DNA of 64,000 bases. Origin: Dicyema japonicum. Its lineage: Eukaryota; Animalia; Dicyemida. Shown here piece by piece: positions 52,640 through 64,000 of this stretch. A model generated the notes under the pieces. It saw only the letters and a list, made by a program, of their open reading frames with translations. It had not been told where the DNA came from and did no database searches. Position 1 is the stretch's first letter; each line of letters starts with the position of its first letter. The stretch spans positions 1,082,796-1,146,795 of the forward strand of contig RDEW01000010.1 of assembly GCA_011109175.1 (NCBI GenBank), in the 5' to 3' direction. A program made the position numbers and the translations under genes.

Positions 52640-52900
52640 TTCAAAAAGGCGCCAGTATGTTTAGACTTATTGGTCCATAATTAGTCAGTCTGTATAATTA
52701 TTGTTTGAGATTTTCTTTGGCCAAGAATATCCAAGGAGTTTTTTTAGTTGGCCACTGAAACGAATCGAGTTGCTCCATGTCTTTCTTTGATGTTCCCCAA
52801 GTACCTGCGTTGTGCATGAAAACTGGTACGACAAATCTATTATATAAGCGTGACCGCATCTTATTATGTCACATGGGCCAAGCGTTACCTATGGGCAGCC
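52640..52900 (-). mobile_element. RTE relic
   Basis: RLYNRFVVPVFMHNAGTWGTSKKDMEQLDSFQ. Confidence 0.65.
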
Positions 52901-53279
52901 TGTTACATTAACCTTGAACCAAGATTAACTTCAATTAATTATATAAATGATTTATTAACCACAAAAAATTAAATTTAAGTAACTTTTTAGTCTACTCATT
53001 AATACAGTCGATATTTCTCCTTTCGAATTTTTTATCTATCAAATTAAACTATTTAAAACTACCTCCACGCGATTATTCGATAAAATATTAATTATTTATG
53101 CAACTGGATAATACTGAGACTCAAACTTATCCAGTCGCAAGTCCTTTTTAGCCCGAACCTATTAATGTTTTTGATTCATACTTTATCTCCCATGTTAAAA
53201 GTATATTTACTATTATGAACATTCATTTTCCTGTTCATAGCTTTGTAATAATTAGAATTTTCTTCAATCGATTTAATTT

Positions 53280-54450
53280 CGAATTGAATCTCTTGCATTC
53301 GGACACAATTATCTGACTGGGAATTATCTATAAATTTTTAAATCAAACTACGTGAATTTTCAATAGATTCTGGAGTTGAACAATTAACCAAATCGTCAAT
53401 TTGTTCTGGAATCGCACACTCATCGCTTAAATTATCTAAGTCATAATGATAAGTATAACCATGAATTATTGAATTTATTCCCTTAATTCCTCAATATCTT
53501 TCGAAAGGACTTTCGTTAGAAAATGAATGGACCGATATGTTATAACTGCAGACAGCACTTTCTAATTTATCAAGCCACTTTTTTTCACTGTTATCCAGCA
53601 TTTTTGACAACTTCCTCGTGATCGTCTGATTAAATCTTTCGACAATTCCTTGTGCTCGTGGATTTGCTTAATGTTAAAATCTTCGCAAAGTTTTGTTATT
53701 TCTTGATTTTTAAATTCAGAACCATTGTCCGACTGAAGAAATTTACATGCCCCATTTAGGCGGAACAAAGATCTTAAGTTTTCACATACTTCTTACCAGA
53801 CTTATTATAGAGTGGTCGTACAAAAGCGAATCTATAAATTAAAAAAAAAACCAACCTACTATATATGTCAATGACCGTTAAAATCCATTTGAAATTTTCA
53901 TTTAATGTTGAAAATTTTTTCAGGTCTATTAGATCTACCTGAAAACACAATTATAAAAAATCACGAACTTTTAAAAGACGCGAAAATTTGCAGACTTAAC
54001 AATTTCGAATGACTTTTCTGATAATCTCATTCTTTACAGTGAAGTATCTTTGTCGACATTCATACTCAATTTTATTGACTCCTCCGTGTGGAAACTCGTG
54101 CAACAATTTCGCAACATGCTCCATTTCGGTTTCATTATCCAGAGATATGACTAACTTAGAATCAGTTGATTTAAGATACAGTCTAAAATTATTGAAAATT
54201 TACAATACCTGTCATTGATAATAGAAAAATTCTCTATCTTCTTTACAAGCCTATATTTTCGGTGCCTCGGAAGATTTTCGGGAAAATTTATCATGCAAAG
54301 CATCTTTTAAAGTTTGATATTCAACTCGCTTTCAGTATTATTTATAACTTTATTAGTTTTATTGATCCAAATAAGATTGAAATTATCTCCAATAACTCAA
54401 ATATAACCATACAGTTCGTGAATTACGAAAAAACACGAAAGTAATTTTTT
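53280..54450 (-). mobile_element. Ginger/KRBA2-like integrase relic (zinc-binding region and rve)
   Basis: IRKVIRNCxVC, QVDLIDLK...KWILTVIDIYSR, LQSDNGSEFKN. Confidence 0.7.
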
Positions 54451-54999
54451 ATCACTACTTATTGTTCTTCAATGGATACAAAAATACGCTGGACAGACTG
54501 TAAAGTTACGTCCCTTGTCAGACTCAGTGGTCCTCCCTCCCATTGACTTCTCTCAAGTTGGTAATGGAACTAGTTTTAATGTGACTTCGGCAACTTTTCA
54601 AAGTGAGAATTGTCCCATATAAAAAATCGTTAGATTGAGCTTATTTCTTTAGTGTGGCTGATAAGCTCGTTTCCTCGATTAATGCTATAGACGGGAGTAT
54701 GATTCGACATCCTGTACTCTTCAGACACCAGGAGGTTATACAACATGATTTATTTTTAATTTTTGTTGTTGACTATTTTAATGTTTTTTGTTCGTTTTAA
54801 TACAAGTTCTGTCTCTGAGAGTCTCTGAGAGATCTCATCCTCAGTATGGAACCAATTGTTGACAGCCATATCGTGGAATGGGTTCATCAGTTGTTGGACG
54901 GTCTGGTTTACATGGTTTTTTTAATTTTTTACTTCCATCATGATCTGAGAATCATACATGGTTTTATTTGCGGAGAGCAGTCTATGTGTCTTCTCTAAA

Positions 55000-55560
55000 A
55001 GTGAAGATCAAGATTTGCGATTTTTTCACAACAGCCAATCTCATTTCTGGAGAGAAAGTTGATGATCCAATATCTCTGTACATTTGAGTTTATATATAAT
55101 CATCTTAAGGTTCTTGCTAAAACCCGTAGTTAGAGTGACCATCTGCCTTCTAATGGGGTCTGTTCTCATTGTTGAAGTATTGTTCCACTACTATATTTGC
55201 AAGGGCATCAATGTTCATACGCAGTACGTGCTCAAAGAGTATCCACCTCCATTCAATGATTTCCATGCCCAATGGTACTCATTTGGTTTCGTCTTTCATT
55301 CGAAATTTTATTTGGCCAATCCATCTTTTGAAGCTCTGCCTCAATAGTCCCCATAAACTCGGTCTTGGTTGACGTCATAAAACTAGTTTTTTAACTTATT
55401 GGGGATTATGGCCGATAGCCGTTCCAATTCACAGCCATTTTCACAAAAATGTCGTCAGCATAAACTATTTCCATTGGCATATGTCCTTCGCATCTTTTCT
55501 TGAGAGATCTCAGAGCTGCCTCAAGGTATACAATAAAAAGGATAAGTGACATCGAGTAGT
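55000..55560 (-). mobile_element. RTE RT relic
   Basis: PMEIVYADD; RWILFEHVLRM. Confidence 0.6.
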
Positions 55561-55679
55561 GTTCAAATGGTTGTTCTTAAAGGAGTAAATGTTACCTTAC
55601 AAGTATATAACCAAAATTTTGTATTTCCTGATCAATGGATAAGGTTTCTGCTTGAAAGTATTCATCTGACCTTGACCTT

Positions 55680-55860
55680 TTCCAATTCCTGGATCCACCT
55701 AACTCAGGAAAAACCCAATGCCTGGCCTACATCCAAAAAGATCTCTATCTCCTTACTCTAATGGAGGGGTTCCAATGTTGGAAGATAATTGGAAAGGAAG
55801 CGATGCTTAGAAAGAATACGTCTCACTTCGACCAGGGGAACTGGGAGATGTAAACGATAT
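55680..55860 (+). repeat. Diverged copy I of SINE-like family
   Basis: ggatcc-acc-taactca-gg-aaaaccc-aatgcc-tggcc-tacat-ccaaaaa-gatct...tggagggg. Confidence 0.6.
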
Positions 55861-56120
55861 CATAATTGCTTACGCCGACGACAGCTTTGTGGGATCACTT
55901 ACATCAGTACTTGGATCGACTACAAGCTTGTTTAAGCGACAACAGACATCAATTAACCCAGAAAATCCACTATCTCCAATTTCACTTGCACGAAAGACTG
56001 AAGAGGGGAGTAGTCGATCTCAAGGAAAGCTATATCAGAATTAACATGGAAGGCTATTATGTTTGCCAGGAGAGCGTTTTTCGTGGGTGGCTAAGATTAA
56101 CCCTTCCAGTCTCCCAATTA
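55860..56120 (+). mobile_element. LINE RT relic
   Basis: IAYADD...LDRLQACLSDNR. Confidence 0.5.
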
Positions 56121-56471
56121 ACGATCTGAGACAATGAATTGATGGTTGAAAAACCGCGGACTACTCGGACTCCTTGAGCTTAGGAACCAAAAACAGAGGA
56201 ACGTTTTTGTGATTACACAGACAAATCTTAATAGCCTTTCTACTGAAGTAATTGAAAAGGATACACACAAATAGGGAAATTGGCTCCAAGGGTACCTGGA
56301 CCTCGCGAAACGTGCCATAACCTCGAACAACGATTTATGCCTAACCATTTTGTTCAATAAAGAGCAGCTATCGCTGAGGTGATCGTCAAGATAAGTACAA
56401 GAGGGTCAGTGAAGTTGTCAGGATACACCTGGTAGAGATGGTTTGGGTGGTGATGTTCCATCGATCTAAAT

Positions 56472-57931
56472 CAGGGGTTTCCAAACTTATACAGGTCATC
56501 GCCCCCTTTAACAAATTTTTAAAAAATATCGCCCACCAGGAAAACCTACATGGTAACGAGTTGGAAATATTAATGTGAACGAAAAATTTTGATTTGGGGA
56601 AAGCAATAAAAAACAATTTGATTTTTGGAAAAAGCACTAAAAAAACAATTTTGATTTTTTCCATAACATAGGATATTTTTCAGGAATATCATTTTTTAAC
56701 CAAAAATCTTGATATGACGGTTGTTTTTAGTGGGTTTAATTTCAAAATCGTTTTTTAACATAACTACTTCCTCTTGACAACAAGATTCAATGGCATCTAC
56801 ATTCTGAAAGGGGTCTATCACCCAATCTGGAACTAAGTTCACATAAATCTTCGAAACATCCCTTCATATCTTGTTCAAGAGTGATCAAATGTTCAAATTA
56901 AATTTCAAAATCATCTTCAGAAAGGAAGTCTTTAAGACCGTTGAGACGTGGAAATTGGATTAATTCTTTTCTACCAATATTCCTACAAAACAAGAGTAGT
57001 TTTGAAATAAAAGCAGAAATGAGTGACTTTGCCTAAATTAATTTAAAAAATAATTATGTTATCCAATTAAGTCGTGTCCGACCCTTGGAGATCTCATGAA
57101 CGAGTTTCCTCCACTCTCCCCGATCCGTTGCAATTTGGAGTAGCCTTGATATAGGCATTCCCGTGACGTCTTCCACGTGGATAGCCACCGAGTCCTCGGT
57201 CGACCTGGTCTTCTCTTTCCAGTAATATTGCTCAGCATAATGGTTCTTTCAGGGAGTCAGAGCGGACAACATGCCAAAAGAACGACCAATCTGTGTTTTA
57301 CGATTCTTCCTTTTAGCGAAATGTCCGTCTCCACCCGTTTGAGTACATCGGTGTTTGTTATTTTGGAAGTCCAAGGGATTCTTAGTAACCTCCTCCAGAA
57401 TAATACCTTGATTAAATTAATATAAGCAAATTGTAATTTCATATTAAGTTCATTAACCTAACAAAAATATCCGCTAAGTAAGCCACATCATGTTTAACGG
57501 ATTCTAGTTCCGGGCCAATTTGAGAAATTCTACAACAGTGCTGAAAAGAGAGAAAATCCCCGCCAAACAGTCGCCCTTTGATAACCACCGTACTTCAGTA
57601 TGTATTAATAGTCGTATAAAATCTTCATCATTTTCAATACATGTAAGACAGAGAAATTCATGGACTTTGTCGAACATTTTCCCCTTTGTATCAGTTTCAA
57701 GCTTTCGAGCAAAAAATAATTGTTGAATAATAAAAATACACAGCAAATCACGCTAGTGTCAATTTAAAATTTCAGGTTCACCATACTAAAATTCTAATAT
57801 ATTAATTAAATGTAATATAAATTTTACGAATAATTTATTATCGCCCCCTTGAAATTAAAAACGCCCCCGATAAACGATTTACTCATAAACGCCCCCTTTG
57901 AATTTCTAATCGTCCACTTTGGGAATCCCTG
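56472..57931 (-). mobile_element. Internally deleted hAT (Buster/Charlie-like) element
   Basis: TIRs caggggtttccaaac / ctttgggaatccctg; 8-bp TSD ATCTAAAT at 56464-56471 and 57932-57939; HTEVRWLSKG, VPDWVIDPF. Confidence 0.85.
57060..57420 (-). mobile_element. RTE 3' end nested in the hAT element
   Basis: RRLLRIPWTSKITNTDVLKRV; RTE-type 3' motif gtcggacacgactt. Confidence 0.75.
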
Positions 57932-58763
57932 ATCTAAATGAAGAAAAAACGAAGAAGCGACAAGTCGATAGCTCTTCTAGGGGGAACGTGGATTAGGTAG
58001 AATTTAGTCACGTTCTCTATGTAAATCAGTGAATAGGCTACGAGGGACCACAATTGAAGACTCTGAATCATAGATCTTCAGAAAGGAACAAATATTATTA
58101 GGGGACTACAATCATGAATTTGACTGAAGCTGTTGGCAGCAGAGTCAGATTGCTGAAATTCGATTAACACTAATTATTACTGCTGTCCATTCTGACTGAG
58201 GGCTCACGCATCTATGATCCTTATTGACTTGAGTAATGACGTCATCACTGATACATCGCTGCGGAACCGGATTGTCTACAAAGACTCACTCGTAGCCAAA
58301 AAATAAGTTTAAAACATGCCTTAATTTTCTAACGACGATTAATTATCATAACTGTTGTTTACCCTAAAATGTGTGTGCCATGCACACGTGGAGCTATATG
58401 ACTCTCGTGAAAGTACTGTTATGAGCTTTATTAAAGAACTTAAAACAAACTGACCGTTTTGCCTAGTAATTATTAGTCTGATGGTAGAGTTTGGCGAAGT
58501 AACTCTCAGTATGCTTAATGTCTTCATATCCTCGAGGTCCATTCCCTTCTTGTTACGGACTTCGACGACAACGAACACCCAAAGCATTGAAATATGAAGT
58601 ATCGGATGCATCAATGTCTAAGTTAGGTTACCTTCCACCTGAGTAAATTAAAAAAATTTAGACAAATAGATTTTTAATTTTTTAATAATTTATTATTTTT
58701 ATTAAAATTAAAAATAATATTTTGCATTTAAATTAAAAATAATATTAAATCCATGGAAATCCA

Positions 58764-59985
58764 ATGGACAAGTACAAAATCTTAGAATCAATCGGCGAAG
58801 GAGCATACGGAATAGTCGTGAAGGCAAAAAATAACATTGTTAATTTCCATATTTATAATCAGACTCAGAAGATCGTGGCACTGAAAAAGGTTCAACTACG
58901 AAACGTCGAGGACGTGGGGATCTCGAACAACGTGATTCGGTAGATTTACAAATTTTTATCATTTTAGCGAAATTAAGGCTCTGCAGTATATCAGCGACCA
59001 TTTGCACGTTTCATAGTTTAAATATTTTGCAGATTGTAAGCCTCTATGAAGTTCTCCCATACGGATTGGGGGTGGTTTTGGTGTTCGAGTACATGTCCTC
59101 CGATCTATCCGAGGTCATCAAGGACTACAACTTCCAGCTTTCGAACGCACAAATCAAAGCCTACCTGCTGATGCTCCTGAAGGGGTCAGCCACTTGCACA
59201 CAAATCGAATAATGCACAGGGTACGATCCGTTCTAATGACCGAGGACTTAAAACCGGCTAATTTGCTGATAAACTCCGACGGGGTCCTCAAAATTGCTGA
59301 TTTTGGATTAGCGAGGATATTCAACAAGGATGATAGTTGCCTTTACTCCCACCAAGTCGCCACGAGGTATTTGGAGTATTATTTAGGTGGTATCGAGCAC
59401 CTGAGTTGCTTTACGGCGCTAAGAGGTACGACGAAGGAGTTGACTTATGGTATTATGGGGGGTCACACTTCCAGGGCCGTTGGGTGCATATTTGGAGAGC
59501 TGTTGAACAACTCCCCGCTTTTTCCTGTACAAGTGTTGTATAACTTTAGGGGGAGAATGACATTGATCAGCTGTACTGTGTCTTCAAGTCGTTGGGGACT
59601 CCCACGGAAGAGCAGTGGCCGGTATTTATGGCTTATTACTCCGTTAAAGGAAATGGTAGACTTCCCGGACTATAAAAAGATCATATTTTGTCAAATGGAG
59701 CCTCTCCCGTTCGAGGAATTGGTCCCAGAGGCGGATGTGGTCACAATCAAGTTACTCCAGAAATTTCTGCACTTCAGGTCGAAGGAACGGATCACAGCAG
59801 ACGATGTAATTCACAGAATTAAATTCAGGCTCTTGTAGACGACTACTTTTTCACAAAACCCGTGTCTGCACAATACAGGAGATCTCCCTGTCCCCACAAG
59901 AACGAGAAAAATTTATCCACAGATGCCATTTGACTTTAAAATGTCCCTTCCCATAGAAAGCTATATGATTGACCCGACTTGTTAA
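58764..59985 (+). CDS. CDK20: Cyclin-dependent kinase 20 (CCRK)-like, 9 introns of 20-28 nt
   Basis: [87 protein letters not shown]; frameshifts near 59184 and probably 59850. Confidence 0.88.
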
Positions 59986-60059
59986 ACGTCGATCATTTTT
60001 GTTAAAAAACTAATAAATTTAAAATTTTAATTAATTCATTTATTAAATTTAAAATTTTT

Positions 60060-60360
60060 AAAATTGATTCACATATCTTGTTTTCAGGTGGAAATCACGT
60101 TGCATATGCAACAGAAACCAATAGAATCCCCAGTCTCCTTTCACTGGTCCATGCTAACGAATTCCGATCGACCTTATATAAGTGTATTCCGTTAGAATTT
60201 CTCCGCAGACACAAAAGAAGGCATTTCCGGAGGGCAGTTGCGTCGCTGAGGGAACATTCAAGGAGAATTCGAGAGACATTGGAAGCTGGGATCACCTAAT
60301 TGCTGAGTTACCCTTTCTTTCTTGGTGGTCTTGGGGTTTTAAAATAAATAACCGCTAGGT
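60060..60360 (-). mobile_element. Probable CRE RT-region relic
   Basis: SRILLECSLSDATALRKCL resembles the CRE HDALFLLRNC segment. Confidence 0.4.
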
Positions 60361-60953
60361 TAAGTAGTAAGTCTATCCACACTCAGTAGCAATGAATCAT
60401 TATTTATTAAAATATTTTTACAATAAAATTAAAAACATAAGTTGACTTTATTGACTTTTGGTTGCCCTAATTACACTTTTATTCAAATCCCATATCGAAA
60501 ATGCAAGGTCCGCGTTGGGTCACTAATTGTGTTTTATGTCGGAAACATCAAAACACGAGGAGGAAATAAATAAGCGAGAGAAGAGTTGGCTTACTAATCG
60601 TAGGGGAAATACGTTTTTGATAAGTCCACACTTAGTTTAAAGATTTAACGCCTCTAGGGAAATGAAGAAGTCAAGAGCCACACTTTAGTTCATAAGTGGT
60701 TAAGCATGCCAAGCTCCCGAAGTCCCAGGCGCAAAGAGAAGTCCTTCAAATGGCCAAGTCTGTCCACAACCATATTAGAGAAGAAAACATCCAGACCTAT
60801 CTGTTGTGGAAATTATTTATTGTCTTCACAGTCGCTTGGTTAAAGAGAAAAGAATATAAGTGAGACCGACAATGGGGAATTCGAAACTGGAGGGGAAGGG
60901 CATCTTGACCGCTTTCGAGGACGACAGTTGAAGGAATCACTACAAAGAACGAT

Positions 60954-61285
60954 TAATTTAATTTATTAACCCGGATACACGAGAAAAAAGTTAAGGTAAA
61001 CAACTAATTAAGTGTATCCAGTTTCCACTTCTACAGAAACAGAGTCCATCCGTAATCAACATAAAAGGTAAGACGTCCATTACATGCAGTTGTGGAGACC
61101 CCTCCAGTAGAGTGGGGAAGAGCAAATGATCCTTTTTTCGTGCCGCCCTGGGACTTGGCGTCACCTAGACAGGTGGATCACACGACGCCACTCTAATAGG
61201 AAGAGAGAGGAGGAACAGACAAGGAAGCAGAAAAACTTCAACCAATTAACCACGCAACACCACATGACGCCACGCGGCTATTTAT
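60954..61285 (-). mobile_element. Full-length SINE-like retroposon (copy J)
   Basis: 13-bp TSD TACAAAGAACGAT (60941-60953) / TACAAAAAACGAT (61286-61298), one mismatch; TAA-rich tail; same body as 3850-4177. Confidence 0.85.
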
Positions 61286-61361
61286 TACAAAAAACGATAA
61301 TAATAATAAATAATAATTATTTTTAAATTAAATAAAATTTATTTATAGACAATAAAATAGT

Positions 61362-62293
61362 ATGCAACGCCAATCAAATTTAATTTCAGTACTCATGGTA
61401 ATAAAGTTGACAGTCCTTACCATTTTATTACTGCTTCTGATAGTAAATTATCACTTTATACCATTCAATGTAAGACAATATACTATTTTAGGATGCCATG
61501 AAAAAGAAAATAAGGGTGAAGAATTTATCTTAGTGAGCGCCTACTACAGTATTGGAACATTCATAAAATCAACTGGACCCGAAGTCCTGAGTACATATTT
61601 CTTTGGATGTACAACTATGGGTATATTGAGAACCACCTCGTCTTTTTCTCGGACGATCAGAAAATCCTGATCACATGAAAGTATCAGAGGAAATCTCCCA
61701 CTACATTATTGCACGTGAATAGATCAGAACTGTTTGGCTTCGGAAGAATTAATGAAATAAAGCATATATTCACGCTTCCTGGTTTGGCAAAATCCACAAG
61801 AACCGACAATCGAGTATTCTGCTATTATGCATTCCAAGCACGACATGATTAGGCGGACTATCAATCTCTTCTCTGATAAATTTTCATACATCGCCTGGTT
61901 TGATGTTGGTATTTCGTTACTCCCTCCGACTACCAAGTTCTCATTGAAGCGTCAGATATATTGACAAGACACGTGTGTTACTGAGTCAAGCGTTTAATTT
62001 TCTATGAGTACCGATCGAAAAAATAGTCAAAGAAGCAAAGATTTGGATATCGGGAGGTATGCTGGTCGGTCATATTGACTCAATGTCCTCATTTTGCGAT
62101 CCTATGAGGATTTCTTCAACAAGATGATCTCTATGAATCTGATTGCATCTGATGAGCAAGTAATCTACTCCATGTACTCACGTGAGGGACTTGAAATTAT
62201 GAAAAACGGCGTAAAGCTGAGTGTATTTCAATGCGGTTATTTCGGACTTTACAGACTTTCTCTAACATGACTTCCAGGATTCCTGTCCGTAAA
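61362..62293 (+). pseudogene. HtrL/YibB-like copy 2 (multiple frameshifts: pseudogene or poor consensus)
   Basis: Long stretches nearly identical to 40044-40962; EFILVSAYYSIG, EYSAIMHSKHDMI, AWFDVG, SDEQVIYSMY; intron-like 22-mer at the matching position. Confidence 0.65.
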
Positions 62294-63199
62294 TGATTCG
62301 AAATTGTATTTTAACACTGTTAAACCATGTCTCTGTAAATTAGACGTTTTTTTGCAAAAATACGCGACTATGATAGAACTAAGGAGTTGGGTTAGTCAAC
62401 AAGTTTTGAAAATGCTTTCAACAGTGATAGCCTACATGTGTTGTCTCTCTTACTGTTACTCTGCCAAAGAAGAGACATGTGGTGTCTTATATTAGTTGAT
62501 CCGCTACACTGGTTTCCTCCTAACTTGAGTCACTATTGAGTTTGATTGCAGTAAAATTCTCTGTGTCTACTACCGAAATCATTATATTGGAATTTCAGTC
62601 TAAAACAATTGGAATCGATTTATTGCCGTAAATTAAATTGGTTTTAGGTAATTAAATAAGAATGCTCTTCGATGAGATCAAGTGTAGTCATCTTAGGAAT
62701 CTCCAGTGGATAACTACCGAGAGGAAATAAGGGTCCTTGAGGAAAGAACTATTCTGCCTTTTGAAAAACAGATATTTGTTTCTGCCTCTATGGGATCATT
62801 GTGTGATCATTGTAAGAAAACTAAAAGACTGTCGATCATTTGCTACTCAGTGAGGCTGATTACTGAATTGCGGTCACAACAAAATAGCATCTCTTCTGAA
62901 AATATGGAATCTGAAAAAGTTAAAGGACATTGTTTTGTCTACAACAGTGATTCTTAACTTTTTTAAGCCAGCGCCTTTTTTTGAAGCTTCAAAATTTCAG
63001 CGCCCACTTAAGATTTAATTTTATTTTTTTCAATTGCTGCGATTTTTTGTATGATGCTAATAGAACTTTTAAAGCATCTTGGAATTTTTTTTGTAAATAT
63101 TTGATTAATCATAAGACGATTTTCATAATTACATTTCAGATTAGAAAAATAATTTTTTTAAATGAAAGAAATTTTATTATAAAATGAATAAAAATTAAA

Positions 63200-63345
63200 T
63201 TAAGGCATCTGAATGGCCATGCTATTTCCGAGGAACGAAAGGAGGAAGTACCAGAGAATTTCGGAGGAGTATCTTTTTGTTCCATTCGCGTGGAAACGTC
63301 AGGAATCCTTGGCCCCAAACAGATGAGTTGGTTTCGTAAGATCGG
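63200..63345 (+). mobile_element. CRE endonuclease relic
   Basis: GHAISEER...VETSGILGP. Confidence 0.5.
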
Positions 63346-63769
63346 ACTGTAAAATTATATAAATTCAATTTCAAAGGGGAGAAGCCTATATTTTACGATG
63401 CACATGGAAAAATGCACATGTATGTTGTGCAATAAAATTATTTCATTACCTAAACGAAGAAATCTTCGTCGCATTTTAATTCATAACATCCCGATTTCAA
63501 CAATGATTTTCCTTTAAATTCCATTTTACGAAAAAAGAGAGTCGAACAATTAAAAAAAATTTTCCCAACATAAAACTTTGTAAAAATTATTAATTCGTCC
63601 AAATCTGCAACAATTGCATCGTTGCGTGTGACTCGCCTCCTCGCAAAACGCAAAAAAAACCTTTAATTGATGGTGATAATTTAAAATCATGTGTTTGGAA
63701 GCTGCTAATTCATTATTCTCCAATATTACCTATTTTCCAAATATTGAAGATGAATTCAAAACAACTTGT

Positions 63770-64000
63770 TAATAAAAATCATTTTCAAATCGGTTCAGAC
63801 ACCTGGAGCAGCTGCTTCGACTGCGGAGAACTTAAAAATCAAGAAATATTCTTGCCTCGGGGATCGCTATTGATTTACTCCTGTTGCGACCGAATCATCG
63901 GGAGCCGTTGGTCCAATGACGGCTGAGTTCTTGCGAGAACTCGGAGGATTGCTTGCCAGAAAGAAAAGGGATCAACGAGAAGGGTTATGGCTAAGACAAA
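63770..64000 (+). mobile_element. CRE LINE C-terminus running off the window
   Basis: SSGAVGPMTAEFLRELGGLLARKKRDQREGLWLRQ. Confidence 0.7.

Noticed and set aside
60954-61285. The antisense frame of the SINE weakly resembles a BEL/Pao integrase tail (TPPVEW...QPIN)
   Set aside because: It needs several frameshifts shared by the young copies; the 13-bp TSDs, TAA tail and stem covariation favour a non-coding retroposon. A distant BEL origin of the body is not excluded.
62675-62688. AGATCAAGTGTAGT, a 14-nt match to U2 snRNA around the branch-pairing region
   Set aside because: Stem I, stem IIa and an Sm site are not recoverable, the next base breaks GTAGTA, and it sits beside a decayed LINE zinc-knuckle (CDHCKKT). 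An Infernal RF00004 search would settle it.

Overview
AT-rich eukaryotic genomic DNA read with the standard genetic code. It is most consistent with a reduced animal parasite such as a myxozoan or dicyemid; that is inferred from metazoan-type PKG, tetraspanin and GT31 genes plus very small introns. The ORF track misses most real genes because they are split by 20-29-nt GT-AG introns and by scattered 1-2-nt indels in short runs, probably long-read consensus errors. Genes rebuilt by hand: a tetraspanin-like gene, TUBGCP2, cGMP-dependent protein kinase, a GT31 beta-1,3-galactosyltransferase, two HtrL/YibB-like paralogues, VPS33, CDK20, one or two orphan genes and an intronless tRNA-Tyr. The rest is mostly decayed mobile DNA: RTE, CRE, Ingi/I-like and R4/NeSL-like LINEs, plus hAT, MULE, pogo/Tigger, Tc1 and Ginger-like integrase relics. 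Two candidates stand out. (1) A SINE-like family of about 10 copies, two with 13-bp TSDs and TAA tails, shares an HDV-ribozyme-like nested pseudoknot with compensatory changes; the same fold appears at the 5' end of an Ingi-like LINE carrying a 2A peptide. (2) A 2.7-kb TG...CA element with about 50-bp terminal inverted repeats and a 5-bp TSD carries an integrase C-terminal remnant and an intact 469-codon non-LTR-type reverse transcriptase. All family assignments come from motif recognition by eye; no database searches were run, and relic boundaries are approximate.
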